Shown here one piece after another: positions 40,346-41,764 of a stretch of 41,764 nucleotides of DNA (the stretch's first letter is position 1; every line of letters begins with the position of its first letter). Under the pieces are notes generated by a model. That model was not told where the DNA came from. It saw nothing but the letters and a program-made list of their open reading frames with translations, and searched no databases. Source of the DNA: a virus; IMG/VR virus record IMGVR_UViG_3300034148_000087; one strand, 5' to 3'. Made by a program: the position numbers and the translations under genes.

Positions 40346-41764
40346 ATGACTGAGCGCGAGCCGGGAATAAAAAAATCCCAACTGGTCTACGTGAAGCCCG
40401 GGGACCTTCATGTGCACCCGCAGAATCCCCGCAAGACCTACGATGCCGACGAGCTGAAGGATCTCCGGGCCAGCATTGCGAAGAAGGGGATTCAGACGCC
40501 TTTGATTGCCCGTCCCCACAAAGATGGGCTGCAGGTGCTGTGCGGTTCGCGCCGGCTGAAGGCTGCGCTGGCCGAGAAGTTTACCGAGGTCCCGGTGCTG
40601 ATGCGCGAGGTCGAGGACGCGCAGGCGCTGGACGTGATGATCATCGACAATCTTCAGCGGGAAGGAATTCACCCGCTCGAGGAGGCGGCCGCGTTCCGGC
40701 AGTTGCTCAAGGGTTCCTCGGATGTGGCCGGCCTGGCGGCATCGATCGGCCGGTCTCCCCGGTTCGTTTACGACCGGCTGAATCTCTTGCAGCTGACGAA
40801 ATCTGCGGCGGATCTGTTTCGCTGCGGGAAGTTCGAGCTGGGCCAGGCCATCCTCATTGCACGGTTGAACGAGGAGGACCAAAAGAGGCTGATCGGAACG
40901 CAGCATGATCCAGGGCCGCTATTCCAGCATCTTTCGATGCTGCCGTGGGATCAAGAGCCGGACGGGAAGGACGCCCTGGTCAAGTACAAGCCCATCAGCG
41001 TGCGGGAGCTCCAGGCGTGGATTGACAAGTACGTGCGCCTGAGTATCAAAGAGGCCCCGGATGCGATGCTGTTCCCTGCCGCCGCGCAGGCCGTTCAAGC
41101 TCCCGACGGGGATGCCGTGGAGCAGGTTGTCGCCATCACCCGGCTGCACCAGCTGCCGCAGGGAACCAAGGATGACGGCCGCACCTATACCCCCGCCACC
41201 TGGCGCGAGGCGAAGAAGCCCTGCGAGAAAACCCTTACGGGCGTGGTGGTGGTAGGCCCTGGCCGCGGCGATGCCCTGCAGGTGTGTGTGGACAAGAAAC
41301 GATGCAAGGTTCACTGGGCCGCCGAGATCCGTGAAGCCCAGAAACGCACGAAGGATGTCGCCACCGGAAAGACCACCCGGGAGAAGGCTGCTGAGGAGAG
41401 ACAGCGCCGCTATGACAGAGAGCAAGAGGCGAGGGAGCAGGCCCGGGTGCTGTGGTCGAAGGGCACTCCCCTGGTATTACAGGCGATGGCGACCAATCTC
41501 ATGCGAATGCGCAGCGTCACGGGACTGGTGACCGACGTCGTGGTCAGCTCCTTGAACCATGGCGTGACCGGTCAGGCCCATCGCGGGATGGTTCCCCGCG
41601 GTAAGGCCCTGGAACAGATCTTGAAACACCTATGCTGGCTGGTACTGGTGAATGAGGCCGGCAAATGGGATGCACCGACCAGCTTTCCGAAGCTGGCCAA
41701 GGCTTTCCAGGTCGATACGAAGAAGGTGCTGGCGTCGCTGGACAAGGAAACACCGGCGAAGAAG
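40346..41764 (+). CDS. parB: ParB (canonical N-terminal CTPase-type domain plus HTH, with a long C-terminal extension); continues to base 133 across the junction
   Basis: Not in the ORF track because there is no stop before the window end. Motifs VKPGDLHVHPQNPRKTYDADELKDLRASIAKKGIQTPLI (box I), LCGSRRLKAAL (box II arginine patch) and IIDNLQREGIHPLEEAAAFRQLL (box III), followed by an HTH-like LAASIGRSPRFVYDRLNLLQL. About 475 aa including the wrapped tail. Confidence 0.8.
   Translation, partial: MTEREPGIKKSQLVYVKPGDLHVHPQNPRKTYDADELKDLRASIAKKGIQTPLIARPHKDGLQVLCGSRRLKAALAEKFTEVPVLMREVEDAQALDVMIIDNLQREGIHPLEEAAAFRQLLKGSSDVAGLAASIGRSPRFVYDRLNLLQLTKSAADLFRCGKFELGQAILIARLNEEDQKRLIGTQHDPGPLFQHLSMLPWDQEPDGKDALVKYKPISVRELQAWIDKYVRLSIKEAPDAMLFPAAAQAVQAPDGDAVEQVVAITRLHQLPQGTKDDGRTYTPATWREAKKPCEKTLTGVVVVGPGRGDALQVCVDKKRCKVHWAAEIREAQKRTKDVATGKTTREKAAEERQRRYDREQEAREQARVLWSKGTPLVLQAMATNLMRMRSVTGLVTDVVVSSLNHGVTGQAHRGMVPRGKALEQILKHLCWLVLVNEAGKWDAPTSFPKLAKAFQVDTKKVLASLDKETPAKK
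41638..41764. repeat. Terminal direct repeat, right copy (identical to 1-127)
   Basis: Same 127-mer as 1-127. The match starts at g41638 and runs to the last base. Confidence 0.95.

Noticed and set aside
1-41764. CRISPR arrays, IS elements/transposases, rRNA genes
   Set aside because: No regularly spaced repeat-spacer pattern, no transposase-like ORF with terminal inverted repeats, and no rRNA-like sequence were seen. The only long exact repeat is the 127-bp terminal overlap.

Overview
The window looks like a complete GC-rich tailed-phage genome. Its first and last 127 bases are identical, which leaves 41,637 unique bp. This is consistent with a circularly closed or terminally redundant assembly. 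Every credible gene lies on the + strand; the long minus-strand ORFs look like high-GC shadow frames.

Gene order:
- 174-2406: about 10 small early-type genes, several of them zinc-ribbon-like.
- 2403-2885: RuvC-like resolvase.
- 2928-4297: two tandem ParB/Srx-fold paralogs.
- 4284-5225: a GT-A-like transferase.
- 5222-6887: TerS and TerL.
- 6941-7012: a tRNA(CAU)-like gene.
- 7037-16196: portal fused to a Mu-F-like domain, protease-scaffold fusion, large HK97-type capsid protein with an FN3-like insertion, and connector/neck genes.
- 16247-25569: tail tube, chaperone, tape measure, a 985-aa tail protein and CBM-like fibres.
- 25571-26286: two secreted Cys-rich proteins.
- 26314-28247: lysis cassette with an M15 endolysin and membrane proteins.
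- 29087-29563: a structured, partly AT-rich late/early junction.
- 29564-39963: early module with DUF932, a Cas4-like exonuclease, a putative annealing protein, a Gp157-like protein and a replication-organiser-like protein.
- 40346 onward: a canonical ParB whose ORF crosses the circular junction.

The most interesting points:
1. A perfect consensus chromosomal-type parS palindrome (TGTTTCACGTGAAACA, 37096-37111) occurs with a phage ParB, but I see no ParA, integrase or obvious repressor.
2. A translationally coupled trio of two ParB/Srx paralogs (arginine patch replaced by GHGVV) and a GT-A-like enzyme sits just upstream of the terminase. It is a candidate DNA or virion modification module.
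3. A roughly 230-nt non-coding stretch starts with a tRNA 3'-half-like element and ends in a strong intrinsic terminator. It could be an ncRNA or an attP-like element.
4. The coding signal appears to switch frame between terS and terL with no canonical terL start nearby.
5. Short repeats and a GATC cluster inside the replication gene may mark an origin.

All family assignments come from motif recognition by eye; no searches were run.
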